Source of the DNA: Prochlorococcus sp. AG-676-M04
Lineage (GTDB): Bacteria > Cyanobacteriota > Cyanobacteriia > PCC-6307 > Cyanobiaceae
DNA length: 64,000 bases
Reading direction: 5' to 3'
NCBI GenBank assembly: GCA_003210895.1
Contig: QCUB01000001.1
Span: 14,163-78,162, forward strand
Part shown: in pieces, positions 28,940-39,994 of the stretch
How positions within the stretch are numbered: position 1 is the first letter of the stretch
Layout of the letters: each line of letters opens with the position of its first letter
Position numbers and translations under genes: made by a program
Notes under the pieces: model-generated
Told to the model about the DNA's origin: nothing
What the model saw: only the letters and a program-made list of their open reading frames with translations
Databases searched by the model: none

Positions 28940-29105
28940 CGAATCCCCGTCAGTTCTCTGATGCATCGACCTGGGAAAGCCAGAAGAGGAGTCAAAGTAA
29001 GCTTTCGTTTCCAATTACAGGATTGGTTTACGTCCACATCACGACAGTCTCCTCAAGTCGAAAAAGAGTCAGATCAGAGCACATAAAGAAGAACTTAACC
29101 AAAGA
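28940..29105 (-). ncRNA. ssrS: 6S RNA (SsaA/Yfr7); ends approximate
   Basis: GC-richer non-coding stretch just downstream of purK (the conserved cyanobacterial position); terminal pairing CTCTGAT/ATCAGAG; hairpin follows at 28894-28936. Confidence 0.85.
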
Positions 29106-29133
29106 TCCAGTATATAAATATTAACTGATTTCT

Positions 29134-30324
29134 TTAGGCATTTGGTGATGGCCAAATCTCTCTTACCTTAATTAATATTTCTTTTGCTTTTTCAACTCTT
29201 TTCAAATGATTCTTTTCATTAAGCAAAAACGTTATGTGAGCCATTTTCCGTCCAACACTTTCTTTAGATTTCCCATACCAATGAAGATTAGAACCTTTGA
29301 TATCAGACAATAATTCTATCCTTTTTTCTATTGATAAAGGGTATTTTTTCTTTAATCCTAATAAATTTATCATTAAAGATCCATGGGAATGCATATTTAT
29401 TTCTGGAGGCTTGATACCTGAAGAGATACAAATATATTGATCAAACTGGCTTGAAGAACAGGCTTCTATAGAAAAGTGAGCAGAATTATGAGTTCTAGGG
29501 GCTATTTCATTAATTAATAGTCCATTATCGCCATAAAAAAATTCTATTCCCATTACTCCCACATAATTAAGTTCATTTACTATTGAGGAGAAAATATTTA
29601 TTGCGAAAGTTTTTAAATCATAATTAATTTCTGCTGGAGAAAAAACCCAATCACAAACGTTATTTTTTTGAAATGTCTCGACAACTGGAAAGAATCTTAT
29701 TGTGCCATCAAAATCTCTTGATCCCACAAGAGCAAATTCATTTTCATAATCAACCCATTCTTCAATTAACCATTCATCTGAAACAGCTTCATTCAAAAAA
29801 GAATTTAAATCTTCTTTGCTATTAATTTTTTTATTTCCTTTACCGTCATATCCTCCTTTACAAGATTTAACCATTATCGGAAAATCCCAATCCTCAATTT
29901 CTTCATCATCAAGACTTTTAAATTTCTTTAATGGTAACCATCTTGGTGATGGGAGACTCATTCTTTCTATTAATTCTTTTTGTGAAATTCGATCGACTAA
30001 AGGTTGAATTGATTCAAGACTTGGTACAAAAATATCTTTAGAGTCAATTAAATTTAGTTTTTCAATTTTAATCCATTCATTTTCAAAAATTATTTTTTCG
30101 CACTCTTTAATTAGATCCTTATTTCCTTTAAATTTTAAGGGATCAGCTTCAATTACAAAATTTGCTTTTGAACATGCTGGATCTTTGGAAGATTTAGTTT
30201 GAACACATACTTTTATTCCTCTAATGTTTGCAGCTTCAGCAAGCATTAAAGCTAGTTGACCACCTCCGATTATTCCTAGTGAATAATTTTTCTTTATATT
30301 TTCTATATCTTTTTTTTGATTCAT
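29134..30324 (-). CDS. purK: N5-CAIR synthase
   Basis: GIIGGGQLALM, GGYDGKG, NEIAPRTHNS, RKMAH. Confidence 0.96.
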   Translation of the reverse strand: MNQKKDIENIKKNYSLGIIGGGQLALMLAEAANIRGIKVCVQTKSSKDPACSKANFVIEADPLKFKGNKDLIKECEKIIFENEWIKIEKLNLIDSKDIFVPSLESIQPLVDRISQKELIERMSLPSPRWLPLKKFKSLDDEEIEDWDFPIMVKSCKGGYDGKGNKKINSKEDLNSFLNEAVSDEWLIEEWVDYENEFALVGSRDFDGTIRFFPVVETFQKNNVCDWVFSPAEINYDLKTFAINIFSSIVNELNYVGVMGIEFFYGDNGLLINEIAPRTHNSAHFSIEACSSSQFDQYICISSGIKPPEINMHSHGSLMINLLGLKKKYPLSIEKRIELLSDIKGSNLHWYGKSKESVGRKMAHITFLLNEKNHLKRVEKAKEILIKVREIWPSPNA

Positions 30325-30454
30325 ATGATGATCTTATTATGATTTTTAATTCTTAACAACTGATTATTTTAATCTAATTTTTAAGTCAAGATAAGGTTAG
30401 AATAAATAAAAATAAATTTAAAAATTAATAAAAAACACTATTAGGACATTTATT

Positions 30455-31546
30455 GTGAATAAAAACAAAATACTAGTCCCGCTTAGTAATAATTCATATG
30501 AAGTTACAATAAAAGAAGGATTAATTAATAGTGTTGGTGAAGAACTAAATCGAATTGGTATAAATAAAGATAGAAAAATACTTATAGTTTCTAATGAAGA
30601 AATTTCAAACTTATTTGGTGAAAAGATTCTTTATAATTTCAAAAAATATAACTATCATGCCGAAATATTTAATATTAAAGCAGGAGAATCTTATAAAAAC
30701 TTAGCAAGTTTAAGTGATATATATAACACTGCTTTCGAAGTTGGTTTAGACAGAAATTCCTTAATGATCGCTCTTGGTGGAGGGATTGTAGGGGATGTTA
30801 CTGGTTTTGCTGCCGCCACATGGTTAAGAGGTATTGAATATATTCAGATTCCTACAACATTATTATCCATGGTTGATTCATCGGTAGGAGGAAAAACAGC
30901 CGTAAACCATCCTAAAGGTAAAAATCTTATAGGAGCTTTTTATCAGCCAAAAGCAGTTTTTATTGACCCAGAAACCCTATTAACTTTACCTACCAAAGAA
31001 TTTAAGGCAGGGATGGCTGAAGTTATCAAATATGGAATTATAAAAGATAGAGTACTTTTTGAGTACTTAGAAAGTGAGAAGAATAGAGATAAAATTCTCA
31101 ATCTTGATAACGAGTCTTTAATACAAATAATCAATAAATCAATTCAAACAAAGGCTTGTATAGTTTCTGAAGATGAGAAAGAAAATGGCATTAGAGCAAT
31201 ATTAAATTATGGTCATTCATTTGGCCACGTAATAGAAAATTTGTGTGGATATGGAGAGTATCTTCATGGCGAAGCAATATCAATTGGAATGAAAATTGCA
31301 GGAGATATCGCTAAAGAAAAAAATCTTTGGTTAAAAGAGGATGCCTTAAGGCAAAATAATCTTATTGAAAGCTATGGTCTACCAACAAAACCTCCGAAAA
31401 TCAAAAAGAATGAAGTAATAAAAATACTTATGGGTGACAAAAAAGTACGTAATGGAAAAATGAGATTCATATTACCTAGAAAGATTGGAGAAGTTGATAT
31501 ATTTAATGATATTGAAGAGTCACAATTCCTAAAATATTTCGACTAA
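30455..31546 (+). CDS. aroB: 3-dehydroquinate synthase
   Basis: [31 protein letters not shown]. Confidence 0.97.
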   Translation: MNKNKILVPLSNNSYEVTIKEGLINSVGEELNRIGINKDRKILIVSNEEISNLFGEKILYNFKKYNYHAEIFNIKAGESYKNLASLSDIYNTAFEVGLDRNSLMIALGGGIVGDVTGFAAATWLRGIEYIQIPTTLLSMVDSSVGGKTAVNHPKGKNLIGAFYQPKAVFIDPETLLTLPTKEFKAGMAEVIKYGIIKDRVLFEYLESEKNRDKILNLDNESLIQIINKSIQTKACIVSEDEKENGIRAILNYGHSFGHVIENLCGYGEYLHGEAISIGMKIAGDIAKEKNLWLKEDALRQNNLIESYGLPTKPPKIKKNEVIKILMGDKKVRNGKMRFILPRKIGEVDIFNDIEESQFLKYFD

Positions 31547-32733
31547 CGAATACAACTTGAATTTATTTTAGTTTTTTTATTCTTAAATTTACTAAAAACG
31601 AACCATTTGAAATCTCCTAGACAGATTGGATCAACTAATCTCAACAATGATTCTCTTCTAGAAAGAGCCTTGGAGATATCATTCTTTAGTTCATTCTGAA
31701 TTTCAAAAAGTCGCTCTGCCAAACCAAGAGATAATAATGCCTCTCCTTGCTTGACTATTCCAACAGTTTCAAAACCTAAAATTTCTGAATCATAAATTAA
31801 AGTTTCAATGCAAACATGAGAAGTTAAATCGCAATTCCCTGGAGAATCAAAAACATTTTTAACAATTTTATTATTTTTATAAGAAATTAATGTTCCATTA
31901 CTATTACTCAATGAATAATATTTTTTAGCTTCTTTTGCGTAGTCAATTACAAGTAAAATTCCATTATTAATTTTTTTATAAATAGCTTTTAACCAACTCT
32001 TATTATCGATATGCCATTCAGTCGACCATCCTTCTGGAGCATCCTTCGGAGGAATATTGATATCTAATTTTTCCTGAGCAAAAGCTATACTATTTTCTAG
32101 CTTTTTTGTCATTGGCATCTCTTCAAAGAACAATCTTCCTGATTCTTTATCTATTGAAACGCCTTGACGATATATTTTATCTTTTAAATTTATTATTCTT
32201 TCTACTGGAAAAGCATCAAGGACTTCATTCGCTAATATTATTCCATTTAATGTTTTATCTCCTAAATCATCTAAACTTTCCCATAAAATATCAAATCCCA
32301 AATTTAAATATTTTTCTAATTTCTTTTGTTGTTTTTTTATCATTCCACTATTAGGTTCGATAATGATAAAACAAACATTTTTTAATATATTTTTATTATT
32401 AACCAAAAAATAATGAAAAATGCCACTCATAAGACTTCCATCACCGGCTCCAAATTCCAGAAGGGATATTTTTTCATCAAAGATTAATTTTCTTTTTATC
32501 TGAATTAACCATTCTTCAATTTGTTTTGATAATAAGAAAGCGAAGTCATCAGACATAGAAGGTGATGTTACAAAATCACCCTTAGATCCTAAATTAGATT
32601 TTCCACTTCCATAGTATCCATTATTTGGATCATTCAAAACCAAGTTCATATAATCATAAAAACTTATAGTTCCTCCCTTTTTTATTATTTTTTTTGTTAA
32701 CCACTCTGGATTATTCGCGGGTAGACTTTTCAT
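31543..32733 (-). CDS. SAM-dependent methyltransferase, MidA/NDUFAF7 family
   Basis: [29 protein letters not shown]. Confidence 0.9.
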   Translation of the reverse strand: MKSLPANNPEWLTKKIIKKGGTISFYDYMNLVLNDPNNGYYGSGKSNLGSKGDFVTSPSMSDDFAFLLSKQIEEWLIQIKRKLIFDEKISLLEFGAGDGSLMSGIFHYFLVNNKNILKNVCFIIIEPNSGMIKKQQKKLEKYLNLGFDILWESLDDLGDKTLNGIILANEVLDAFPVERIINLKDKIYRQGVSIDKESGRLFFEEMPMTKKLENSIAFAQEKLDINIPPKDAPEGWSTEWHIDNKSWLKAIYKKINNGILLVIDYAKEAKKYYSLSNSNGTLISYKNNKIVKNVFDSPGNCDLTSHVCIETLIYDSEILGFETVGIVKQGEALLSLGLAERLFEIQNELKNDISKALSRRESLLRLVDPICLGDFKWFVFSKFKNKKTKINSSCIR

Positions 32734-32764
32734 CGGCGAAAATGTATAAAGATAAAAAACTTTT

Positions 32765-33562
32765 ATGCCTTCAAAGATTAACTATTTCTTAGGAATATTT
32801 CTATCTATAGTAATTTTAATTTTTAATGAACCTTCATTTGCTATTAATAATCCAAATCTTTTACCAGAAGAAAAAACACCTGTTATTGATTTAGCTAAAA
32901 CACTAAGTCCTAATCAAAAACAATCTCTTGAAGAAAATCTTAATAACTTGGAAAAGGAGAGTGGTTGGAAAATTAAATATTTATCTCAATTCGAAAGTGT
33001 ACCTGGCATTGCCATAAAAGATTATTGGGATTTAGATGAAACAAGTTTATTGGTAATTGCAGATCCTAGGGGCGGAAATTTATTGAATTTTAATGTTGGC
33101 GAAGCATATTTTGCTTTTATGCCTAGATTATTTTGGGTGGAACTTCAAACAAGATTCGGAAATCAATATTATGTAAAAGATCATGGAGAAGACGGCGCAG
33201 TATTAGATGCAATTACTTCTGTAAAAATTTGTCTTGACAAAGGCGGATGTCAAGTGGTCCCAGGATTACCTAAAGAACAATATATATGGACTTTATGTAC
33301 TTCTATTTTAGGGGGATTAGTTGCAGGTTTTGCTGCTGCTCCTAGAAAAGAAGGTCAGCTTATCTCTATTGGATTTTTAGCTCTTCTTTCTCCTTTATGG
33401 GGAATGTTATTTGGCGTTTTTGGTATAGCTCCAATAATTTCTAGAACAAATGAACTAATGCCTTTATTCAAAAATGGCCTTGCTTTTACTGCTGCTGCTA
33501 TTGCAGGATATCTGTTATCTCAAACCGTATTCTCTAGATATGAGCAACCTAAAAAAAGTTAA
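32765..33562 (+). CDS. TPM-domain membrane protein
   Basis: PVIDLAKTL, FWVELQTRFGN, C...GC.VVPG. Confidence 0.8.
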   Translation: MPSKINYFLGIFLSIVILIFNEPSFAINNPNLLPEEKTPVIDLAKTLSPNQKQSLEENLNNLEKESGWKIKYLSQFESVPGIAIKDYWDLDETSLLVIADPRGGNLLNFNVGEAYFAFMPRLFWVELQTRFGNQYYVKDHGEDGAVLDAITSVKICLDKGGCQVVPGLPKEQYIWTLCTSILGGLVAGFAAAPRKEGQLISIGFLALLSPLWGMLFGVFGIAPIISRTNELMPLFKNGLAFTAAAIAGYLLSQTVFSRYEQPKKS

Positions 33563-33581
33563 AGATTTCATGTTTAAGCTT

Positions 33582-34421
33582 TCAATTTCTAAAAAGAATT
33601 TCTTCTTCACATATCTCTCCTAACTCTGAATACCAGCGATGAGAAATATGTTTGAGTTTATTTTCTACAAACTCAACCCATGAAAAGTTTACAAATAATT
33701 CGCCTTTTGCATTAGTCTTATATCTTGGAACTATTGCAGAATTCAAATATGCTGTACCTTGTTTATCCATTTTGAACATTTTTCTAAATCCTTGATTTCT
33801 TTTCAGACGATTATGCATATGCCCAAAAATAACAAGATCAATTTTTCTTTTTTTTTGTATTTCTGATATAGCGACAGCCAAATCTCTATCCCCCCAATCG
33901 CAAGAGGGTTCTTTCCAATCTTTACCACAAATACTGGAAGGATCTGAGCCCAAGCCAGAAGGTCCTGCATGCGACATGACTATAACAGGTAAGTCTTTAA
34001 TAATTTTTTCTGAAGATTTAAGAATTTTATTAACTGAGTCTTGTTCGCTTATGGGCCCATATACAGCTTTCACCTCATTTGAAAGATAATAACCACCCCC
34101 TGAACTACAGGGTCTGGCACTTAAAATATTTAATTGTTTACTAAAAATCTTTAAATCCCAAGCGCAATATTTTTCTTGCAGAATTCGAATTTGTTTTAAA
34201 AGAGTTTCTCCTGAGGGATCTTTACCTCGATCATGATTTCCCAAAATCACAAAAGTAGGAATATTTATTAGATTAATCTTTTTTATCATTTTGATACTAC
34301 CATCTGAAATATCGCCAACAAATAAAACAATATCTGGTTTTACAAGCGATAAAATTCCGATATCTGTCTCAGACCACTGACCGTGACAGTCACCAACAAT
34401 AGCAATTTTTAAATTTGTCAG
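33582..34421 (-). CDS. TIGR04168-family metallophosphoesterase; true start is upstream of the track's start
   Basis: Frame is open to a CTG at 34421, adding KIAIVGDCHG and LFVGD motifs; GNHD and FGHMH downstream. Confidence 0.8.
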   Translation of the reverse strand: MTNLKIAIVGDCHGQWSETDIGILSLVKPDIVLFVGDISDGSIKMIKKINLINIPTFVILGNHDRGKDPSGETLLKQIRILQEKYCAWDLKIFSKQLNILSARPCSSGGGYYLSNEVKAVYGPISEQDSVNKILKSSEKIIKDLPVIVMSHAGPSGLGSDPSSICGKDWKEPSCDWGDRDLAVAISEIQKKRKIDLVIFGHMHNRLKRNQGFRKMFKMDKQGTAYLNSAIVPRYKTNAKGELFVNFSWVEFVENKLKHISHRWYSELGEICEEEILFRN

Positions 34422-34524
34422 AATTTTTTCTATTTAAAGGCATATAATCTATTAAGAGACATTGTAAATCCTGACCAGTATAACTTCTACTGCAAAACAG
34501 AAATCCAATAAAAACGAAAAAGAT

Positions 34525-35439
34525 TTGATTTCTGAAATTAAGGAGCTTTGCTTAAAAGCCAATGCGATAATTCTTGCTCATTATTATCAAGCCCCAGAAA
34601 TTCAAGATATTGCTGATTTTATTGGAGATTCTTTAGATCTTTCTAGAAAAGCAGCAAATAATAATGCAGACATAATAATTTTTTGTGGAGTTCATTTTAT
34701 GGCGGAAACTGCAAAAATACTTAGCCCAAATAAAACAGTCTTATTACCTGATATTGATGCAGGTTGTTCCTTAGCTAATGATTGTCCAGCAGATGAGTTC
34801 CAAAAATTTAGAGATAAAAATCCAGATCATTATGTTGTAAGTTACATAAACTGCACTGCAGAAGTAAAAGCTCAAAGTGATTTAATTTGCACTAGCAGTA
34901 ATGCCGTTTCATTAGTAGAAAAGGTACCTAAAAATAAAAAGATAATATTTGCTCCAGATAAAAATCTTGGTAGATGGGTTCAAAAAAATTCTGGGAGAGA
35001 ACTTAAACTTTGGCCAGGCAGCTGTATCGTACATGAAACATTTAGTGAGGAAGCTTTATTAAAATTAAAGTACAAATACCCTGGAGCAAAGGTAATAGCC
35101 CATCCTGAATGCAGTCAAAATTTGTTAGTACTTTCAGATTTTATTGGTTCAACCAGTAAGTTACTAGATTTCATTAGTAATGATAATTCTGATACATATA
35201 TGGTTTTAACTGAACCTGGGATAATACATCAAATGAAAAAGAAAGAACCTAATAAAAAATTTATTGAAGTTCCAGATATTGATGGGTGTAAATGTAATGA
35301 ATGCCCATATATGAAATTGAATACACTAGAAAAAATTTTAGATTGTTTAAAAAATAATTCTCCATCAATAGAATTAGATCCTGAAATAATTAAAAAAGCT
35401 TACAAGCCTATAAAAAGAATGTTAGATATGAGCGTTTAA
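34525..35439 (+). CDS. nadA: quinolinate synthase (may start at the CTG at 34471)
   Basis: ILAHYYQ, FCGVHFMAE, GCSLA, AHPEC, CPYMK. Confidence 0.97.
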   Translation: MISEIKELCLKANAIILAHYYQAPEIQDIADFIGDSLDLSRKAANNNADIIIFCGVHFMAETAKILSPNKTVLLPDIDAGCSLANDCPADEFQKFRDKNPDHYVVSYINCTAEVKAQSDLICTSSNAVSLVEKVPKNKKIIFAPDKNLGRWVQKNSGRELKLWPGSCIVHETFSEEALLKLKYKYPGAKVIAHPECSQNLLVLSDFIGSTSKLLDFISNDNSDTYMVLTEPGIIHQMKKKEPNKKFIEVPDIDGCKCNECPYMKLNTLEKILDCLKNNSPSIELDPEIIKKAYKPIKRMLDMSV

Positions 35440-36770
35440 TTTAAAGAATAAATAAATTTATTATCTTTCTTTTTAAAAACCGCTGATAAGTTTGCAGAGC
35501 TTGGTTGAAACTGACTTACTAACTTTGTTTTTTTAATAATTTTAATCAGTTCTTTCTCCCCAGCTCTATACTGCCTATCTCTTTTGGTACCAATTTCTCT
35601 CTGAAGAATTGGATTAGAGTTCATTTTGACTTCTATATCTGGAGTAATTCCAAACTTATTTATATCTGTACCATTAGGAGTTAAATACTTTGCGACTGTA
35701 ACCGTCAAACCTGAACCATCCACCAAAGTTCTCATAGATTGAACAAGACCTTTGCCAAAAGTTTTCTTCCCTACTAATTTACCTCTGTTATTATCCCTTA
35801 TTGCACCAGAAACTATTTCACTTGCACTCGCAGAACCTTCGTTAACAAGAACAATTATGGGTTTGTTTGTTAAAGCCTTACCATTTCCTTTTTTTATTTC
35901 TTTCAAGCCATCTTTAGATAAGGTACTAACGATTATGCCTTTATCAATAAATTGACGAGAAATATCAATGCTTGATTCTAATAATCCTCCAGGATTACTT
36001 CTTAAATCAAGAACATATCCAGAAACATTTTTTATTTCTAGATCTGTTACAGTATCCTTCATCTCTCTTGAGGCATTAGCATTAAATTGCTTTATTCGCA
36101 CGTAACCTATTAATAATCCTTCTTTAGTCTTATTTATTTTGCTTGTCACGGACTTTATTTCTATCCTTTTCCTAGTTAGTGACTTATAAAAAGAGTTACC
36201 ATTTCTAAGAATTTCAAGTTTAACTTTTGTACCTCTCTGGCCTCTTATTAATTTAACAGCATCCTCAATATTCAACCCTTTAGTGGAGACATTATCAATT
36301 GATAAAATTTTATCTCCAGCTTTAATTCCAGCCTTATAAGCTGGTGTCCCTTCTATAGGAGAGATAATTATTAAATCATCAGACTGTTTATCTTTAACAA
36401 TTTGTATCCCTACTCCAGTCAATTCTCCTGAAGTATCTATTCGCATTTGGTTGAATTCTTTTGGATCTAAAAATCTTGTATATGGATCATCTAACTTTGA
36501 AAGCATATTTCTAATAGCATCATAAGCTTCATTACTATCTGAATATTTTTTTGCTAATAAATCTTTTCTTATTTTAATCCAATTGGATCTTTCAAATTTT
36601 CCATCCGAATCAAGAAAGTCTCTATATACAATTTGCCAAACGTGATCAATAACCTCTTTATAGTTATTTTCTAAAATTGTCGCCTTTGTAAAATCACTTA
36701 TTAATATTCCAGAGAAAGTAGTTGTTAATAAGAAGACAAATTGCTTTTTTAATAAATTTTTTATCTTCAA
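35436..36770 (-). CDS. ctpA: C-terminal processing peptidase (S41, PDZ)
   Basis: DLRSNPGG, SASASE, TFGKG. Confidence 0.85.
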   Translation of the reverse strand: MKIKNLLKKQFVFLLTTTFSGILISDFTKATILENNYKEVIDHVWQIVYRDFLDSDGKFERSNWIKIRKDLLAKKYSDSNEAYDAIRNMLSKLDDPYTRFLDPKEFNQMRIDTSGELTGVGIQIVKDKQSDDLIIISPIEGTPAYKAGIKAGDKILSIDNVSTKGLNIEDAVKLIRGQRGTKVKLEILRNGNSFYKSLTRKRIEIKSVTSKINKTKEGLLIGYVRIKQFNANASREMKDTVTDLEIKNVSGYVLDLRSNPGGLLESSIDISRQFIDKGIIVSTLSKDGLKEIKKGNGKALTNKPIIVLVNEGSASASEIVSGAIRDNNRGKLVGKKTFGKGLVQSMRTLVDGSGLTVTVAKYLTPNGTDINKFGITPDIEVKMNSNPILQREIGTKRDRQYRAGEKELIKIIKKTKLVSQFQPSSANLSAVFKKKDNKFIYSLN

Positions 36771-36825
36771 AGGTTAGTACTCAGTATTAAGTTTTTATTA
36801 ATCAAATTATAATTTAAAAATTTAT

Positions 36826-38043
36826 TTATGGATCAATCCATTTCCCATCATCTTTGATTAGTTGAATTAGAGCATCAACACCTTCATCTTCAGGTACTCT
36901 TTTTATCTCTTCTTTTCTTCTGTAAAGAGCAATTGTCCCTTTACCTTTACCTACATAACCATAATCAGCATCTGCCATTTCACCTGGACCATTTACTATA
37001 CATCCCATTATTGCGATATCTAAACCTGTCAAATGGGATGTGGCAATCCTGACTTTATCTACGACTTCTTCAAGGTTAAAAAGAGTTCTTCCACAACTAG
37101 GACAGCTAATATATTCAACCATTGTTTTTCTTAATCCTAAAGATTGCAAAATTGAGTAACAAACAGGAATTTCCTTTTCAGGAGCTTCTGTTAAAGAAAC
37201 TCTGATAGTGTCTCCAAGACCCTCTGCAAGAAGTGTTCCTATACCGGCTGTACTCTTAATCCTTCCATAGTCTCCATCACCCGCTTCAGTAACTCCCAAA
37301 TGAAGAGGGTAGTTATATCCTTCTGCATCCATTCTATCTGCAATCATTCTATATGCAGCTAACATCACTGGTGCTCTTGAAGCCTTCATAGAAATAATGA
37401 TGTTATGAAAATCAAGCTCATCACAAATTTTGACAAATTCCATTGCTGATTCTGTCATCCCTAAAGGTGTATCTCCATAAGTAAAAAGCATTCTCTCGGA
37501 TAAAGAACCATGATTAACCCCAATTCTTAAAGCTTTATTCTCCGACTTTAAAAGTTCTACAAGTGGAGTAAACCTTTTTAGAATTGTATTTTTAATAGTC
37601 TTAAACTCTGCATCAGTATATTGAGTTCTTGTAGGGTCTGATTTCTCAAAAACAAATAATCCTGGATTAATCCTTACTTTATCAACATGTTTTGCGACCT
37701 CCATTGCAATTTTCATTCCATTGTGATGAACATCTGCAACCAATGGGGTATTTATATTATTTTCAATTAGTTTTTCTTTAATCTCTCCAACAGCCTTTGC
37801 ATGAGCTAAAGAAGGCACTGTGAGTCTTACTATTTCGCATCCAACTTCATGAAGTCTTTTAATTGCTAAATAAGAATTATCCACATCCATGGTATCTTCA
37901 TTTATCATCGATTGAACTCTTACTGGATAATCACTACCAATTGCGATATTCCCAACCATTACTGTTCTAGTTATCCTTCTCTCAATATGAGTTGAATATC
38001 TCTTTGAGAGACTATTCACCTCTTTTGATTGAGTAAGTGACAT
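36826..38043 (-). CDS. ispG: HMBPP synthase
   Basis: [33 protein letters not shown]. Confidence 0.97.
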   Translation of the reverse strand: MSLTQSKEVNSLSKRYSTHIERRITRTVMVGNIAIGSDYPVRVQSMINEDTMDVDNSYLAIKRLHEVGCEIVRLTVPSLAHAKAVGEIKEKLIENNINTPLVADVHHNGMKIAMEVAKHVDKVRINPGLFVFEKSDPTRTQYTDAEFKTIKNTILKRFTPLVELLKSENKALRIGVNHGSLSERMLFTYGDTPLGMTESAMEFVKICDELDFHNIIISMKASRAPVMLAAYRMIADRMDAEGYNYPLHLGVTEAGDGDYGRIKSTAGIGTLLAEGLGDTIRVSLTEAPEKEIPVCYSILQSLGLRKTMVEYISCPSCGRTLFNLEEVVDKVRIATSHLTGLDIAIMGCIVNGPGEMADADYGYVGKGKGTIALYRRKEEIKRVPEDEGVDALIQLIKDDGKWIDP

Positions 38044-38076
38044 TAAATTCTAGAAATTCAAAAAGACTTTTCTTAA

Positions 38077-38580
38077 TTATAAAGCATATAGTTTACTCCT
38101 AACATTCTTAAGGTCTTTTAAAGTTAGATCATATGGTTTTTCAACCTCTTTTGAAGAGAATCTCAACAAATAAGATGGGTGAAAAATAGTAATAATTTCC
38201 CTCCCATCTTTCCTAAACCATTTTCCTCTTGTTTTAGAAATTGGATTCTTTATTTCCAAAATAGTTTTCATAGCAGTCGAACCAGTTAAAATAATAAATT
38301 TTGGATCTACTAATTTAATTTGCTGAATTAACCATGGTTTATGAATATTAATTTCTTTATTAGTTGGTTTTCTATTGTTTGGAGGACGACATTTAATTAC
38401 ATTGCAAAAATATACATCCTTTCGAAAGTCAATTCCTGCTTCATTTAATAGGTCATCTAACAATTTTCCTGATTTACCAACATAAGGTTCTCCCTCTATG
38501 TCTTCTTGAGCCCCAGGTGCTTCCCCTATTATTAATAAATTTGCGAATACATTACCTCTACTAATGACTAATCTTTTCAA
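38077..38580 (-). CDS. uracil-DNA glycosylase, family 4
   Basis: IGEAPG, KCRPPNNR, FHPSYLLR. Confidence 0.9.
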   Translation of the reverse strand: MKRLVISRGNVFANLLIIGEAPGAQEDIEGEPYVGKSGKLLDDLLNEAGIDFRKDVYFCNVIKCRPPNNRKPTNKEINIHKPWLIQQIKLVDPKFIILTGSTAMKTILEIKNPISKTRGKWFRKDGREIITIFHPSYLLRFSSKEVEKPYDLTLKDLKNVRSKLYAL

Positions 38581-38812
38581 AGCAAATTTAAATTCAAAGC
38601 TTATAAATAATATTAAAACTAAAAATTATTAAAAAAAATATTAACTATATAATTCTTCACTCCATATTTTAATTTTTTTTAAAAAGAAAATACGAAAATA
38701 AATTAAATTAAGAAAATGAACCAAATTAAACCAATCTGTGATACTTTTACTTATTCTTAATCTATTAATAAAAAAATTTTTTAAAAGTTATATTTAAAGA
38801 ACTTTAGATCAA

Positions 38813-39994
38813 ATGAGTGAAGTAAATTTATCAAAAAGAGCACTCTCTATTGAGCCTTCACTTACCCTGCAGATAAGTGCTAAAGCTAATCAACTCTCAA
38901 AAGAGGGCAAAGACATCTGTAATTTAAGTGCTGGAGAACCAGATTTTGATGCTCCCAATGAAATATTAAAAGCAACAAGTGAGGCCATAGTTGATGGATA
39001 TACAAAATATGGTCCTGCCTCAGGAGATTTAGAACTTAGAAAAGCTATTGCAGAAAAACTTCAAACCCAAAACAACTTAAATGTTGAATTTGAAAATGTA
39101 ATGATAACAAATGGTGCCAAACAGGCGATTTATAATCTTTTCCAGGTTTTATTGAATGATGATGACGAAGTGATTATACCTGCTCCTTATTGGCTAAGCT
39201 ATCCTCAGATGGTTAGATTAGCAGGAGGTAAGCCTGTCTTCCTAAATTCTTCTGCTGAAGATGGATTCAAAATAAATATAAAAGATTTAAAATCTAAGGT
39301 ATCTTCAAAAACGAAATTTATAATTATTAATTCTCCCAACAATCCAACAGGAAGAATAATGCCAAAAGAAGAGTTGTTACAAATTGCAGAAGTAGTAAGA
39401 GAAAATAAAAATATTAATATTCTTTCAGATGAGATTTACGAATTAATTATTAAAAAAGAATTTAAGCATTTAAGTTTAGCTTCATTAGCACCTGACCTAA
39501 AAGAAAGAATTTTTATAATTAATGGTTTTGCAAAAGGTTGGGCAATGACAGGCTGGAGAGTGGGTTATTTAGTAGGACAAAAAGATGTTATTAGAGCATC
39601 ATCAGCCCTACAAAGTCAAAGTACAAGTAATGTTTGTTCTTTCGTTCAAAGAGGTGCTTTAGAGGCTTTAAAAGTAACCCGAGAATTTTTCTTAGAAATC
39701 AATAGCCATTATGATCTAAGAAGAGAAGTCCTTTATAAAGGGCTAAAAAATATCGAAGGACTATTTATATATCCACCTAATGGAGCTTTTTATGCATTTC
39801 CTAGATTACCTAATAATTCCATGACTTCTGTAGAATTTTGCAATAGAATTCTTAATGATTATGGTTTAGTGGTGGTGCCAGGAAAACCTTTTGGGGATGA
39901 TCAATGTATTAGAATATCTTGTGCCTCTTCAAAAGAAAAAATTCTTGATGGCTTATCAAGATTAGAGAAAGGAATTTTAAATTATTACTTTTAA
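38813..39994 (+). CDS. aspC: class I PLP aminotransferase (aspartate aminotransferase)
   Basis: GEPDF, NSPNNPTG, DEIY, AKGWAMTGWR. Confidence 0.9.
   Translation: MSEVNLSKRALSIEPSLTLQISAKANQLSKEGKDICNLSAGEPDFDAPNEILKATSEAIVDGYTKYGPASGDLELRKAIAEKLQTQNNLNVEFENVMITNGAKQAIYNLFQVLLNDDDEVIIPAPYWLSYPQMVRLAGGKPVFLNSSAEDGFKINIKDLKSKVSSKTKFIIINSPNNPTGRIMPKEELLQIAEVVRENKNINILSDEIYELIIKKEFKHLSLASLAPDLKERIFIINGFAKGWAMTGWRVGYLVGQKDVIRASSALQSQSTSNVCSFVQRGALEALKVTREFFLEINSHYDLRREVLYKGLKNIEGLFIYPPNGAFYAFPRLPNNSMTSVEFCNRILNDYGLVVVPGKPFGDDQCIRISCASSKEKILDGLSRLEKGILNYYF

Noticed and set aside
33961-33970. GGTCCTGCAT copy of the island repeat
   Set aside because: Single copy inside a conserved coding motif (HAGP); probably coincidental
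34421-34443. Possible fifth frameshift (ATG at 34443 is out of frame by 1 with the TIGR04168 gene)
   Set aside because: An in-frame CTG start at 34421 explains the gene; cannot be distinguished without orthologs
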